This document shows positions 15,286-30,117 of a stretch of DNA of 64,000 nucleotides, piece by piece (position 1 is the stretch's first letter; each line of letters starts with the position of its first letter). The DNA lies in the NCBI GenBank assembly GCA_964016885.1, contig OZ024741.1:75082001-75146000 (forward strand), read 5' to 3'. This stretch comes from Eledone cirrhosa (lineage: Eukaryota). A model generated the notes under the pieces. It searched no databases. It was not told where the DNA came from and saw only the letters and a program-made list of their open reading frames with translations. The position numbers and the translations under genes are program-made.

Positions 15286-16279
15286 TCTGCTGTTGTAATG
15301 ACAGAATGAACATATAAAGCATAGAAATGTCTGTAACGTTTTGCATTCATATGGTGGTCAGTTTATGTTGTTTTGATTAAAACATGTTTGTAGAATACAC
15401 CTTTACTTTTTTTCTTTTACTTTGATCATAAGTAAACATTATGGTTAGTATTATTTCACATAATCATGCAACCAAATAAACTCAAGTTATATATGTATAA
15501 AGCAAAAAATATGTGAGAAGACATGCACAGTCTATAACACACCACAAGGGGCGTTAACAGGGCCTTTTGAGGCCCCAAGCACTTACAAGATTAGGGTGTG
15601 CTCCATATAAAAAGTCTGCAAAAAAACAACAGTTTTTGTAGAATGTTAAATACAATTAATATGAATGAAATGGCGCCACTCTTCCCTTGGTGACCTAAGT
15701 ATGTGGTTATTTTGCTTAATCATTAATCCAGCCTTGATCACATCATATTACATTATATTTAGGGCCAGATTATGTACTTTTGAAGCTCTAAGCATCAACT
15801 AGATTATGGTGCTCCCCATAGATAAAGCCTACAATCTTTTGGTGGTGGGTTAAATTAGTACCCCTCTTCTCTTAATGCCCTAAGCATGTGCTTATTTTAC
15901 AAAATATTTTGATTATTTTGATTAATCCAGCCCTGGGTTTTGGAGTTTCCCTCTAATCTAACGAGTTGGTAAAATAACTGAATACGAATGCTCATCGTCA
16001 AAATTGTTGAAGGATCCATCATTTTTTTCTTTTCTGTCTTCCACAATGTGTTCTATTCAGAGATGCAAGTCACTCACTAATAAAGTTGTGCTGGAAGTAA
16101 ATGCTTGAAAGTTTTTCATATGTCAACGACATGGATCGCTGGAGACAACAGAGGTTTAATGAGCATGACAAGCTGGCTGCCATTTTACATGGAAGCAATG
16201 CAAACATTACAGAAATAAAGAAAGCAAAATAATGAGAATGAAACGAATTTTTCTCACAAATTAAAACAAACAACTGTGG

Positions 16280-16705
16280 CTGCTTCAACAACAACATTTT
16301 AAATTTCAACAACAATGCCAACAACATTTTAAATGACAAAAACAACAGTTCAAATGACAACAGTGATGCCAACAACTATAGCAATGATGATGATAACAAC
16401 AACAATACATATTACAACACTAACAACAACAGCAACAACAATGACAGCAGTAACAACAAGTTCAACAACAACAATAACATTTTAAATAACGACAACAACA
16501 ATATCAATATCAATAAGATTTTTAATGACAACAAATATCACAAAGACTACAAAGAATAGCAACAGCAATAGCAGCACCAACAACAGCAGCAACATCAGTT
16601 AACACATATAACAAGAACAAAAACGAACACCATAAAAAACAGCATGAAAAACAGCAAACTTCAACATATAAAATTAAAAACCAACTAAACAAACATCAAC
16701 AACCA
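16280..16705. repeat. Degenerate (AAC)n-rich low-complexity tract
   Basis: Directly visible. Confidence 0.85.
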
Positions 16706-17735
16706 CAAGTCCAACTTGGCAGTCTACTTCAACTTTGCTGTAGAAATAAAGTTCAGTCACACATTAATAATTAATTGAATCAGCTTTAACTGAAATTTAA
16801 ATCGTAAACAACCATGTTTTTTTCGTGACATTAGTGACGAAGCTGTCAAAACAGCTTAATGAAAAACGGATTCCATTCTGAATATTATCTAAATGTTTAT
16901 TGTTGTTGATGTTGTTGTTGTTGTCATTTAGTCCCAGGTCAGCTCTAATTGAACATAAGCCAAGACATATTGCCCTTTTCTTTTTTGTGATATACTCAGA
17001 ACCAACACTCCACTCAGACACTCATACCAACTAAAGCAACAAAGCTCATAGGGGTGCATTACTGCATTTTAAAGAGTAAGATTAGACTGTATAGTAGAAA
17101 ATGCAGATTTTGTAATCTTCTTAGTGTGGTCAGAGCAAGAAGTGTCCAGAACTTGACTCGTCAGCTTATCAACTTATAAGTTATAGTTATTTTATTTGGG
17201 AGAAGCGGTTGAACATTGCATGACTAACCTCAAGCACTGAATGTCCAAGTGTTAGTTTTGGATACATTGTATCTAGGATGACATTTTCAACTCAAATGTG
17301 TCCTTCCTTGTTACTTGTGGACACTGCTCCAGATCACCCACCTAATATAGAATACCCGACAGATAATGTTTAGATAATGCTCTTTCCCACACTCTCAGTG
17401 CTTCGGTAAAGGTGAAGGTAACTACACCTATAGCTGACTGGTATAAAATGCTAAAATGAGAAAAATGATCAGCAAACTACTTTTTTCAGCTTGTGACATT
17501 TAGATGTTTGGTAGAGTTGGGCAGTTGACAATGAGGATTGTGTCATTGTTGGCAGCTTACCTTATTGGTATATCAGGTGATGTCCATAAGGGTGCTTAGT
17601 TATTCCAGTCTTAGCTTTGCTCTCACTTGTGACATTGTTGAAAGTTTGTTGGCTTACCTATTTTAAAGGGTAAGTTCAGCTCTCCTTTAATATTTTAATG
17701 ATGAAATAGTAATTCTTAACATAAATATGATCTTG

Positions 17736-17922
17736 TGGATTGGCAGTATCGGTAGAGAGTCGGACGCCATGCTTTCCAGTATAGTTATGTCCCTTTACAG
17801 TCTGAGTTAAAATCCCGCCGAGGTTAACTTTGCCTTTCATCCTTATGGGGTTGATAAAATAAAGTACCAGTAATGTACTGGATAATTGCTGGCCTTGTGC
17901 CAAAAGTAGAAACAATTATTAA
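17736..17922 (+). mobile_element. Family-A SINE
   Basis: Near-identical to 23618-23802 and ends aaagtagaaacaattattaa. Confidence 0.9.
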
Positions 17923-18914
17923 TTGCATATCTGATTGATTTTTATTGCTATGTTTAACTAGCATTTCTGCCTCCAAACACAATGGATTATTCTCACATTC
18001 AAAATCTACTGCTTTATGGCACACCTTTAAGCAATTGATTAAGTGTTTAGATTGTGAAACTGAAAGAAAGGAGCCAATTTTCAATACCAGTTTGGTCAAA
18101 ATAGATGCTGGTCTCTAATTGGTTAATTTCTCTTTGCTTGACCACCACAAAAAAAAAAAAAAATGAAGATAAATGAAGAACCAATCAGTGGCTGGTGTAA
18201 TGGATAGTTTTACAAGCAGCTACTAATTTATGTTACATGCTCTCTTTCAACAATCCTCTCCTGCTGTCTCTTGACTTTCAAAGCCCCTCATGAGACCCAC
18301 TTTGGGAATAACTGATTTACTATTATAACAACAACCCTGCTGATTCTTAACCCTATTGGTATCAAACTACCTGAATCTGCCCTTGGTTCTATAATAGAAC
18401 ACTTTATTTAAGGTGTTTACATTTATCTAAAAACCTTCCATCATAATTTTATGTAAGAATTTAATTAATGAGAAAGTTAGTTATATTACTAAAACCCTCC
18501 ATTTTTTATCATTATTTTCAAAATGATTTGAAAATCAAAAGCAGTGTCTTTTATTAGAAATATGATAATGAAAAGGTTAATCTCTTTCTACTACTATATA
18601 TAGCATAGTTATCTTGCTTTATAGTGTATATTTTGTTTGTTAATATTAGCAATAATTAAATACAGTAATGATATATAATAAACTTAGTGAAATGAATGAA
18701 TAACAGCAAAAGATAAATAAACAGATAAAAACAAACAAAAACAAGTCTTATTATTACAAACAGACGTTGGGAGCATGTTGTTCATAAAACATATCAGAAA
18801 GGATCTCGCATATTTACGGAATAACATCAAGTCATCTTTCAGAAATATATTGCATCGTTAATAGAACATTAGATTACATGAGATAGCAGGGTAAAAAATG
18901 AGCAGAAATCATAA

Positions 18915-18954
<40 letters not shown>

Positions 18955-20199
18955 ACTCTCTCACTCTCACTCCCACTCTTGCTCTCTCTCTTTCACTCCC
19001 GCTCTCCTTCACTCCCATTTTCCTTCTCTTTCACTCCTGCTCTCCCTTGCTCTCTCACTCCAGTTCTCTCTCTCTCACACATAAATTTATGGATGCAATA
19101 AAACAGAGACACACATATTTGTGAATGCAATAAAATACTTACACACACACACAAACAGAAACACAGATTTATGAAACATAAACCTACATATAAACACACT
19201 AACACACACATTTATAAATGCAATAAAGCACACAAACATACACACACACCCATATCCATCCACCCATCCATCCACTACACATACATACTGTAGCCTTTTC
19301 TATCACACACACATACACGTTTCTCTCTAATTCTTTCTTTTTATAGGCACACATGCAATCAACCATAAACACATACATGGATACATATAAATGACCAATA
19401 TGACATATACATCACCATCATCATCATTTAATGTCTGTTTTCTCTGCTAGCAAGAGTTGGACAGGTCAGCACAGGCCAAGTTACAATTAAATTGATGCTA
19501 CTGACCTCTGAGATTGGTCGAAGTGAGGATGGGGTGTACCTCACTTATGTATGTCTCCATACTCTATAGAGTCTACTCGGTGCATTTATCTTAGCAACAC
19601 CTCTAGGGAGGCTGTCAAAGCTTTGACACAACTGAAGAGTCCTCTTGACTCTTTATTAGGCATTGTTTCTACAGCTGGATACTCCCCATATTGCCAATCA
19701 CCTAACAGGGAGTACTGGGTGTATTTTTTTTTTGTAGCACCAGCCCTAGAGAGGTTGTAGTGTCATGACTGAAGGGTCTTCTTAACCCCTTTTGGCATGG
19801 TTTCTACAACAGGGACACGTTTCTAATTCAAACCAATTTACAGTGTTTATTGTGTGCATTTTATCATGGCTCCAACACTAAAAGGTTGCTGATCCTTGAC
19901 TTGGTGAAAGAGCTCTACTGAGACAGTTTTTTATTGACATACAACCACAGACTGGTAAACATCAGAATGTACTGCAGATGATCAATGTGATATACAAAGT
20001 TCAATGCAAACATGAAAGTTGTAAACTTCATGACTAAAACTGTTATATTGGTCACACAAGCATGATACTTTCCCACTGGTTAACTATTCACTTACAACAA
20101 TGAGCCATCTCAACATATTTTCTTACAACAAAAACAAGATTTTAAGGTCATTTTCTCTGCTAAAGCAGGAGTTAGGCTTGCAGGTTCCATGACTAACTT

Positions 20200-20700
20200 C
20201 ACCACTTTTCCATATTGCCTGCATCTTCCACTCCACCAACATACTGATTATTATTTCCTCCTCCGTCATTTTTAGTCATGTCTTTCTTGATCTTCTACTT
20301 CCTCTAGTTCCTTTCACACTCATTTCTATCACTTCTCTCATTCAATCACTTTCATCCTTCCTCAACACATGATCCAACCATCTCACTACATTTTTCTCCA
20401 TAATCATCACTGATTCTATTCCCATCATCCTCTGTCTTCCTTTCTCTGTGATATTCCATACATCCATTGGCCCATTCTCATTTCTTTCCTTATCAACTTT
20501 CTCTGTTGATTCATGTTTATTCCCCCACGTCTTACTTCCATAAACTATGGCCTTTCTCAAACATATAGCCTACATCTATTGCAGAGTTTCATCCCTCTTC
20601 TCTATTCAACATGTTTTCAATGTATGAAAACGTTTTCACAGTTTCCATCTTCATTCCATTCCCAAGATTCAGCCCAACATTCTCTGCATACAAACTAATA
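20200..20700 (-). mobile_element. Highly decayed RTE 3' ORF fragment
   Basis: RKAIVYGSKTWG and RWLDHVLRKDE motifs. Confidence 0.6.
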
Positions 20701-21530
20701 CACATATCTGATGCACTTTTGCAGTTTCCGTTTACCAAATTTCACTTACAAGATATTGAACAATCTGAGGCTATCTTAGAAGATACTTGCCCAATGTGCC
20801 ATGCAGTAGGAAGTGAAATCCTTACCCAGGCAGCCATGCCTTCACCTATATTCATATTTGCTGCCTTCCAGGAATTCATCGATATTGCACACCTTGAATA
20901 CTTTATTGAAAATAAAAAAAAGAGTAAAAGCTTTTAATCTTTTAAACGATAACAAGCTCAGCCTTAGATTTCATCTGTTAAATAAAGTGTAGCATTCTTT
21001 TTGTCGTGATAAAGCCAGTCAAATAATGAATGTTGTTGGATTTGTCAGTCAATTTTCTGTAGCGTTCAGAATAGTTTTTATTCTCCTGATGAATAAATAA
21101 TTCATTGATGGAAGTAATTAAAGCTGTGGATAATGGGATAAGGATAAAAATGAAGAAAACAGAGTTTATCTCCACCTCGGTCTCTGTATTTCTCTCACTA
21201 TCTATCTATCTATCTTGAGTCCCGTACACACACACTCTCTCTAAATTGTCAGTTTCTGAGTACCTTATTATCTCTCCCCAGCCTGCCCTCTACCTATCTA
21301 TTTATCTATAAGTTCCTTATTCTCTCTCTTTCTACCTCTCTATCTATCTATCTCAGAGTCCCTTTCTCCACTTCTCTCTCCATAAATACTACATACATAC
21401 GGTTTGTATAACAATGGCCAAGATGCTATTGTTATGGTTTGGCGCTCCCTTTTTGTCATCAATGTAAGTTTTTATGAACATAGCAAATATATGATGTTTA
21501 GTATTGGTCATGCAACATTACTGCAGTTCA

Positions 21531-21586
<56 letters not shown>

Positions 21587-21684
21587 GGTGTGGTTTCATC
21601 ATAACCATGAGCAGCTGCTTTTCATCTTGTTCAACAGTATTAGACATAAACATCACAATGAATAATTGATGATGGATCATTCAC

Positions 21685-22195
21685 CGGTTTCAATGATGAG
21701 TGTTCCAGTTGTCCCACCAACTGGAATGCCAGTTTGAGAAATTAATGAGTGAGTGGTAATTCCATAGCCACATGTGTACCCTTAGTATATATTTTCAGGA
21801 AGATTCAGTATGGTATTTTATGACAAGGCTAGCCAGTTGAAATATAGGTAGAAGTCCATCTAACCATCTTCTTCCAAACATTTTCCATCTGTCTCTGAAT
21901 TGCACACTGAAATTGAAAGTGAGACATCACAGATTTCATTCTGCTGCTAGGCACCTTGGAGAAGTGTCGTTTATCATAGCTTTGAGTCAACCCAAACCCT
22001 GTGAGTGAAATTGGAGAGACCAATGGAAAATGTTTGGAAAAAGCTGGTTAGATGGTCTTTACCTATATTTCAACCAAATCTTCCTAAAAAATATGTTAAA
22101 GATACACGTGTTTATGGAATGGCCCTGCACTCATTAATTTCCCAAGTTAGCTGTTCAGTTGGTGGAAAAAATGGAATAATCATGGAAACTAATGA
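21685..22195. repeat. Two decayed copies of an interspersed repeat (SINE body) in inverted orientation
   Basis: 21836-21888 is approximately the reverse complement of 22023-22075, and looser similarity extends outward on both sides. Confidence 0.6.
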
Positions 22196-23617
22196 AGGTC
22201 CACCCATTTTATTATAGGTATAATTTAAGACACAACTATAGAAACCACATTTTAACCTGTTTTGTCAAATACACACAATAGACAAGATTAATAGTATAGT
22301 CATCTTCAAGGAGAAAAGGATTATTGATGTATGTCAGTGTCTAACAGATGGATTATGAGTCTTGGGATTAACAGCAACATTTTTAAAGTTTCAAAGGAAA
22401 ATAACTGTTGTTGTAACAAGACTGTCTTCCCTTCTCTATTCAAGATGAAATCTTTTAAACTTTTTGTGATTATATTTCTAGTGAAACATTCTATTTCAAT
22501 TATTTAATGAAGAACTTAGTAAAATTATTATTTCATTACTAAGATAAATAATGCAACATATGGGTCATATATAGAATTATGTTGGAAGATTTTAATTTAA
22601 ATAAGAACCCTTTAACATTATCATAACTGTATTTCATGTGAGATACACTCTTTTTCAATTAATTAATAAATTTTAAAGCATTTACTAAAATTATTAATCA
22701 TTTATTTACTAAGGTAGTAACTGAACATATGGTTCTTATGTAAAATTATGTTGGAAGAGGCGGTTATCAAAAGGTAGGTGTAAAAGCCAAACTCGCTATC
22801 TTCAATTTGATATTCATGCCAACCCTCACTTACGGTAAAAAATCTTAGGCAACGACCAAAATAATATGATCATGAATACAAGTGGCCAAAATGAGTTCTT
22901 CTAATGGATATTTGGTATAAAATTACTCAATAGAATGCATAGCTAAGAGATCAGAGAGTCAGTCCATGTAGAGCCACTACTTCTCCAAATTGATAGATCA
23001 CAACTCCAATACTACAGTCATGTGGTTAAAGTATCTATGGAAGCAATTGCTGGACAGATTTTATGGGCAAAAACCAAATAGCAGGAGACTCACATGTAGA
23101 CCCTGAGCAAGATAGTTGGATAACATCCATGAGCTTGGCTGTCTCGCTTGGGGATCCAGTTAGATTAATTGGAGACAGTTGCTTCTGGCAGGACCCACTG
23201 GAAGGCGTGCTTGAAGACTCTTCTTCAATGATCCCCCCAGGAATAAGTAGGTGAAAAAGATTTTAATTTAAATATTAATCTTTTAAAATTGGTAGTTCTA
23301 ATTCATAGAAATTGAACTGATTTTGTTTGGGTTGGTGACAAAAGTATCAAATGAAATAATTTGTAGTGATCATTATTACTCTCATAGTGTCTATCATGTG
23401 AGTCCATGCAAATGACCATAATAATAGTCGATCCATCATGCATTCCTATAATGGAATCCAAGAGATGTAGGGCTCGGTTCTTTACAAGTGACTCTGCCAC
23501 TTTTTCCATTTACATTGATGCTTTAGCTGATCTTCTTATATTTAGTGATCAACTATTATTCTGGTCATTTGTGTAAGTATGCACACAATTCAAATTTCAT
23601 TATTAATTACTAAGATT

Positions 23618-23802
23618 GGGCGGTGGATTGGCAGTATCGGTAGAGGGTCGGACGCCATGCTTTCCAGCATAGTTACGTCCCTTTACGATCTGAGTTCAAA
23701 TCCCGCCGAGGTTGACTTTGCCTTTCATCCTTACGGGGTCGATAAAATAAAGTACCAGTAATGCACTGGGTAATTGCTGGCCTTGTGCCTAAAGTAGAAA
23801 CA
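23618..23802 (+). mobile_element. Family-A SINE with 18-bp TSD
   Basis: TSD attattaattactaagat at 23599-23616 and 23803-23820; Pol III A/B-box-like motifs. Confidence 0.92.
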
Positions 23803-24344
23803 ATTATTAATTACTAAGATAGACACTTGACATATGATTCCTGTACAAAATTTTGTTGGAAGATTTTAATTTAAAAAGGACCCCATTAAGTGCGTGGTTT
23901 TGTTTCATAGGACCTGAGCCAATTTTGTTTGGGTTGGTAAAAAGGAGTTAAATGGAAAATAATTTGTAGTGATTATTATTGCCCTCATAGTGGTCTCAAT
24001 GCTGCACCCCAACAGATCAATAAAAAAAAGAATACAATATTATGAAGAATTGCTTTCAATTTTAAATACTGTTTAAGGCAGCAAATTTATAGAGTTTTTA
24101 GAGTAATACATTAAATGCCTCAGTATTTGTTTAGCTCTCTGCACTCCATCTACCAAGAGTTGTGATTGGTAGATAGTAGCAGTAATGGAAATAGAGTTTC
24201 ATTGTTCCAATCTGACAACTGATTCCTTTCAGATTTTATGACACAAAACTGTTTACTTTAAAGTGTTGATTCTATTAAACACATTCCATCATAATTTTAT
24301 GGAAGATCCTTTGTTAAGTTATGCTCCAAACTTCAACTTACTGA

Positions 24345-27155
24345 TGTACTTGAATATAAGGCAAGGAATATGTGACCAAAAAAATCGATGGTATTTTTCT
24401 GCAATATACGTATGACCATGTCAACACTGCTACTTGGAGTCCTTTACTGTCCCCCAAATTACCATCAGGACACTCAACTTTGTGATATCCTCAGAGCTGC
24501 TGCCATGAAAACAGCCACTTATGTTTTCATTGCAGGGGACTTCAATCACCCTGAGATTGACTGGGAAACCTTTTGCTGGCTGCAAAGTGCAAATGATTTC
24601 CTTGAGCTAGTGCTGGACTCAAACTGGTCCCATGTAGTCACCTCCCCAACAAGCGGTGACAACACCTTGGATCTACTCTTCACCACTACTCCTGAAACAG
24701 TTATTAGTGTTACTACTGAGGAACCTTTGGGTGACTCTGATCATACTACGATCATTGCCAATCTGTCCCTCATGGGCAGTAACAAAAACCACAACCATCT
24801 CCAAACTGCTCACTTTGACTGGAATAAAGCAGACTGGAACTGTTACTGCACGAAGCTGCAACATTCAAACTGGCTTGAGTTTTACGACTCTGGAGATGTC
24901 AACACTGTACTCCAGGACATCTTGAACTCAATATGGACAGCATGTGCAGCATCGGTGCCACGTAAGCAGAAAAAACATCCCGAAAGTGCAATTTGGGAGA
25001 CTGCAGCAGTCCGTCTTGCCAGGAAAGAATGTCGTAATGCTGAACGTGAGTACAAACTGCACAAATCAGATATCAATAGGAAAAAGCAAAATAAATCATC
25101 CAACCATCTCAAGCAGGTGACAAAAAAGGCAGCGCTTCAACTTGAGTAGCACATAGCAACCAGCCCTGACAGTAAGGTGTTCTGGAAGTATGTTCACTCA
25201 AAGCAGAGGTCTCACTCTCCAGTTGGTCCTCTTCACAATCCCCACAAAAGCCAGGTTACTGACGACCCCAAGGAATGCGCAGAACTCATTGCTGAATGCT
25301 ATGCAGGCATTTTCATTGTTGAAGACCAGAGTGTACCATCTCCACCACCTCTGACATCGGATTCTATTACAACTATGGAATTTACACCTGCAATGCTGTG
25401 ACATCACCTTAAAAATAAATGCAACCATGCCTCTCTTGGTCTTAATGGTGTTATGTACCTGCTTCTCAAACATGGTAGGTACTTCCTTCTGCACCAGCTA
25501 TCACACTTCTTCCAATTCTGTCTGAATAACGGTGCTACTCCAGAGCAGTGGAAAACTGCCAGTGTCATTCCTCTGTTCAAAAAGGGTGACTTCACATAAC
25601 CTGTCAACTATCATCCAGTCAGTCTTACTAACTGCATTGCCAAACTGATGGAATCTTGTGTCAGAGAAGCATTACTGTCAGCAGCAATTTGCGTTGGACA
25701 AAGCACGTCTCTAAAATTGTCAAGAAGGCCGAGGGTGTCTTAGCATCACTCAGTAAGACCTTTGTCAGTCGCTCTCCAGCTATCTATTTAAAGCTGTATA
25801 TAGCTATGGTGTGGCCACACTTACAATTTGCATCACCAGTCTGAAACCCCTATCTTGCTCAGATACATTGATCGCCTTGAAACTGTTCAGAGATGTGTAA
25901 CCAAGCGAATACCCTCCATCAGGCATCTACCATACTCTGAACGCCTTGCTTTTCTGGGCATGGATACATTGAAGCTCGCACATCTGGCAACTGACTTGGT
26001 AAACAACCACAAAATTATTAACCATCTTGCCAACAACAACCCTGAGCACCTTTTTGATTTCCAAGTGTCTAACAAAGTCAGAAAACAGCACAGCTCCCAT
26101 GACTTTCAGAAACATTTTTTCATGCTCAGAGTTGCTGATGCATGAAACAAACTACCTGCATCAGTTATTAGCTGTCGAGACACTGCATCCTTTAAAACCT
26201 CCAAGCTTTCTGAGATTTGCCAACACTACACCTGATGTCCGCCCTCCATACACACGCACACATGTATTTCATGACTCATACACTGTTCACTTTCCTGACA
26301 TTTGTACATTATTCTATGTACTATACATGCAACTTTGATGAGTTGTAGTGCACCTGAGCACTGTACACAATAATTTCATTATTATTATTATTATTAGAAT
26401 GGGAGGGGGATTGGCTTATATTTGAGGTCAATATTTTGACAATTTTCACCAACTTCAAATTTTATGTAAATAAGGTGCTAAAATATCTGGAGTGATTATT
26501 TTACCATGAAGTACCGTTTTTCAACATTTACTACATCATTGTTGGTGTTATTTTGGCATTCACTTGAAAATATTTCCAACAAATTTTTATAATTTGAACT
26601 TTCTAATACATAAATATTCCATACACATACACACATACATACAAACACACACATACACATGTATACACACACATACATGTTTTCTCTGACAATGCTTTTT
26701 CTTTCAATCTTGCTTTTGATTTTATTTTATTGCTCTTGCTCTCTCTTTCCTCACTCTGCCTCCCCTCACTCTCACTTGCTGTCTCTCCCTCTTCTCAATA
26801 CTAAGCTGTCTCTCCCTCTTCTCAATAAATCGCTGTACTAAGTTCTCTTATTCGATCTTTTGTTTTCAACTACTCCTAGCTTGTGAGTTCCTGGAAGTAA
26901 ACAAAAATTCCAGAAACTTGTTGAAAGTGAAACAAAAACTATATTCTAAATGACACTTAAAACAATTTAAACATCAAAATATTAAAACTTCATAAATATA
27001 TTTTATACTCATGGGAATTTCAAATCCACACTATCTAAACATAATGTGTTGAATAACTGCTGGGGCTTATAAACAGGGTTTGGAAGTTTGCCTATTCCTC
27101 ACACATAAAATAGGGGTCACGTTATATATGGATTGACTTATATTTGACTTTATAC
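24345..27155. mobile_element. pogo/Tigger-like non-autonomous DNA element (MITE) interrupted by a CR1
   Basis: Left end tacttgaatataag...atatgtgacc...aatcgatggt and right end ...ataggggtc...gacttatatttga... match the uninterrupted copy at ~35172-35542 and the partial copy at 62295-62725. The superfamily assignment comes from resemblance of the ends only. Confidence 0.55.
24395..26395 (+). mobile_element. CR1-clade LINE, 5'-truncated and internally deleted, with (ATT)n tail
   Basis: APE motifs YCPPN, IAGDFNHPEIDW, NTLDLLFT and LGDSDH; FWKYV; RT start WKTASVIPLFKKG...PVSLT; C-terminal LYIAMVWPHLQFASPV and LETVQRCVTK; ATT tail at 26378-26395. Confidence 0.88.
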
Positions 27156-28740
27156 ATCATCATCACCGTTTAATGTCCATTTTCCCACTGCATAGTTTAG
27201 ACGAGTTGTCCTGTTGGGAGAAATGCTGGGTCAGGTCATCATGTCTTGCTCATACAGAACTGATTATGACTTGGTTTCTTCAGCTGGATGCCCTTCCTAA
27301 TGCCAATCACATTTACTGTGAGTAGTGGGTGCCTTTTTGTAATGACACCTACACAACCACTTTATAGTGTTAGGTTGTGGGAGTGTTAGGTTGTGGGAGG
27401 TAAGTGGGAGGAGGTGTAGTTGAGTACACTAGATGTATACTTCAGCATGTTCTCATGGGAGGTGTATGGAAGAGTGGGTTGGAGGTGAAGGTGGTGTATA
27501 CTATATATATGCTTCAGCCTGTGCTCATGGGAAAGTAGGTCTTCTGTATTATTGCATAACAACAGAGATTTCGGTCCTGTTTCATCACCTTTGTGAGGTG
27601 CAATTGGGCAAGGTCATCTTTTATCACCTCATCCCAAGTCTTCCTGGGTCTCCCTACTCCAAGGTTTCCATTCACTTTTTATATAGCTGTCATCCTTCAT
27701 ACACATCACATGTTCATACCAACACAATCTCCTCTCCTGCACACAGCATTTGATTCCTCTCATGCCTAGTTTCTCTCTCAGTTTGTTTTTGCGTTCACAT
27801 ATATTACTATTACACTTCCATTGGAGCATGCAAGCTTCATTTCTTTCTAATCTTCGCAAGTCTTCTGCACACAGCGCCCATGTCTCACTATCATGCAACA
27901 TTGTTGTTTGTATGCATGCATAATACAATCTGCCCTTCATTTTGAGGGAAAAGCCTTTTGTAGTGAGCAGTGATAGTAGCTCCCTGAACTTCTTCTATCC
28001 CGATCTCACTCTGGCTACTGTACTTTCGGAACACCTACCTCCATTGCTAATTTGGTCACCCAGGTAGCAGAAGCTGTCAACCAAACCTTCCCAGAATTTG
28101 ATAGCGCTTGTTTCCTGTGATTATTTGCTTCTTACTGCTCTGGTGCAACTGCTACATGTAAAACCTATGTTCTTAACTAAGAACCAACTACATCTCTTGT
28201 GTACTCATAGTTTGCATTTGGGACACAGGATGGAATTTTTACCTACACCTTTATTACACATTGAGCAATGGTATTTCTCTGAGGAGATCAGGGCTCTGTT
28301 TCCCCTTCTATTTACTAGGACCATAGTCTTTGTAATGTTGACTTTAAGACCTTTTGTTTCTAGGTCTTACTCCCAGGTTTGGAATTTTTTCTCCAATTCT
28401 GCCATAGGCTCAGCTATGAGTGTAAGATCATCTACATACAGCAGTTCCCATGGCAGTCGATCTTAAACTCCTCTGTTATAGCCTGCAGTATGATAATAAA
28501 CAGGAGAGGACTAAGAACAGAGCCTTGGTGGATGCCAACCTGCATGCTAAATAACTCATTATAGTTGTTATTAATCCTAACTTTGCTGACTGCTCCCATA
28601 TACATGGCTTGTATAGCCTTCACAAGCCACTCATCTACACCTAGTTTTCTAAGAGCCCACCAGATTATGGCACAGGGGACTCTGTCTAAAGGCTTCTCCA
28701 AATCAACAAATGCTAGGTAGAGTGACTTACTTTTAGTAAG
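27156..28740 (-). mobile_element. Decayed 5'-truncated RTE LINE
   Basis: ORFs 28432..28701 and 27629..27940, plus 3' UTR and CAT tail. Confidence 0.88.
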
Positions 28741-29148
28741 TAATGAATTAATCAGTTATATTACTAAATCCTTCCAAATTCTTGATTATTTTCAAAATTA
28801 TTTGAAAATAAGAGGTAGTGTCTTTCATGAGTAATATATAATGGTAATAACGACCATATGTAACATAAAATAGTAATGAAAAGGTTAAATACAGTTAACA
28901 AACTATTAACTTTCTGTGAAACCTTGTATGATCATTATTTTATAATATTTTTAGTCATACCATTTATTTTTTCTTGTTAGCATTGCACAAACTCTCTTGT
29001 GTTAGTTTTTCTACATATTTACAATCAAATTTTCCCTTCCATTTTTCTTTCTTCTTAATCTTTCTAGTTTTTGTTGTTTAGTCTGATACACCTAGAGTTA
29101 TCTCGCACTCCCTCTCTATGTATCTATCTATCTATTTGTCTGTATATC

Positions 29149-29152
<4 letters not shown>

Positions 29153-29230
<78 letters not shown>
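29153..29230. repeat. (CA)n microsatellite
   Basis: Directly visible. Other dinucleotide runs: (GT)n 30058-30114, (GA)n 21535-21583, (CT)n 5668-5704 and 18917-18950. Confidence 0.97.
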
Positions 29231-29232
<2 letters not shown>

Positions 29233-30054
29233 CACACATATGTCCAACCCATGTAAGTGTGGAAAAGTGGATGTAAAAACGCTGAGGATATATATATATA
29301 TATGTATGTATGTATGAATGTGAGTATGTGTGTATATGTCTATGTATGTGTGTATGTATATATAAATGTATGTATGCACACAGAGAATAAAAGAATACCA
29401 ACTGGCAGACTGCATTCACTAGACTTCAACAATAAACAGCAGGTGGATGTGATACATTTCAGAAGAAAAAATACAAAAGACAAGCACCATTTGTTATCCT
29501 TGATTTTCAAAATTGTGTCAATTGATTGGTTGATTCTATAGCAAAATGGTAAACCAAACAATTCTATAAATTCTATAAATGAACCCTGATCAGTTAACTT
29601 GTGTTTCTATTTTGAGAATATGTATGTATATGTGTGCATTTATGTATATATATATATATATGAAGTCTACAGTGCTGAGACTGGTTTTGCTATTGGATTT
29701 TACTTTCCTTTCTCTCTTTCTCTCTCTAATTGTGTGTATGTATGTGTGTGTCTATATATATATATGCAATTGGAAAACATATGTAAAATCATGATGATTA
29801 TATATATCCATACATACACACAAGTTATCCCAAAATAGAACTTGTATATATGTATGTGTATGTATATATATATGTGTGCCTGTGTGTATAAATCAGTCTG
29901 TATGCATGTTAGTGAATTGAGATGACATTTTACTTATTTATTGATTTATAGTGAAAATGGATATTGTTAACACTAGCAGTCTGTCAGATATCCTTCTCAC
30001 TTTCTGGTTTTGTCTCTCTATATGTATCAATCTGTCTCTCCCTCTCTCCATATA

Positions 30055-30117
<63 letters not shown>

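Noticed and set aside
15558-15935. Two tandem possible MITE remnants with agggcc.gatta / taatccagccctg ends
   Set aside because: Too degenerate to define TIRs, a TSD or a family by eye.
20820-20900. Apparent minus-strand splice donor cctgg|gtaag and the nearby ORF 20978..21175
   Set aside because: The donor lies inside a decayed SINE head. The ORF is short, AT-rich and unrecognisable.
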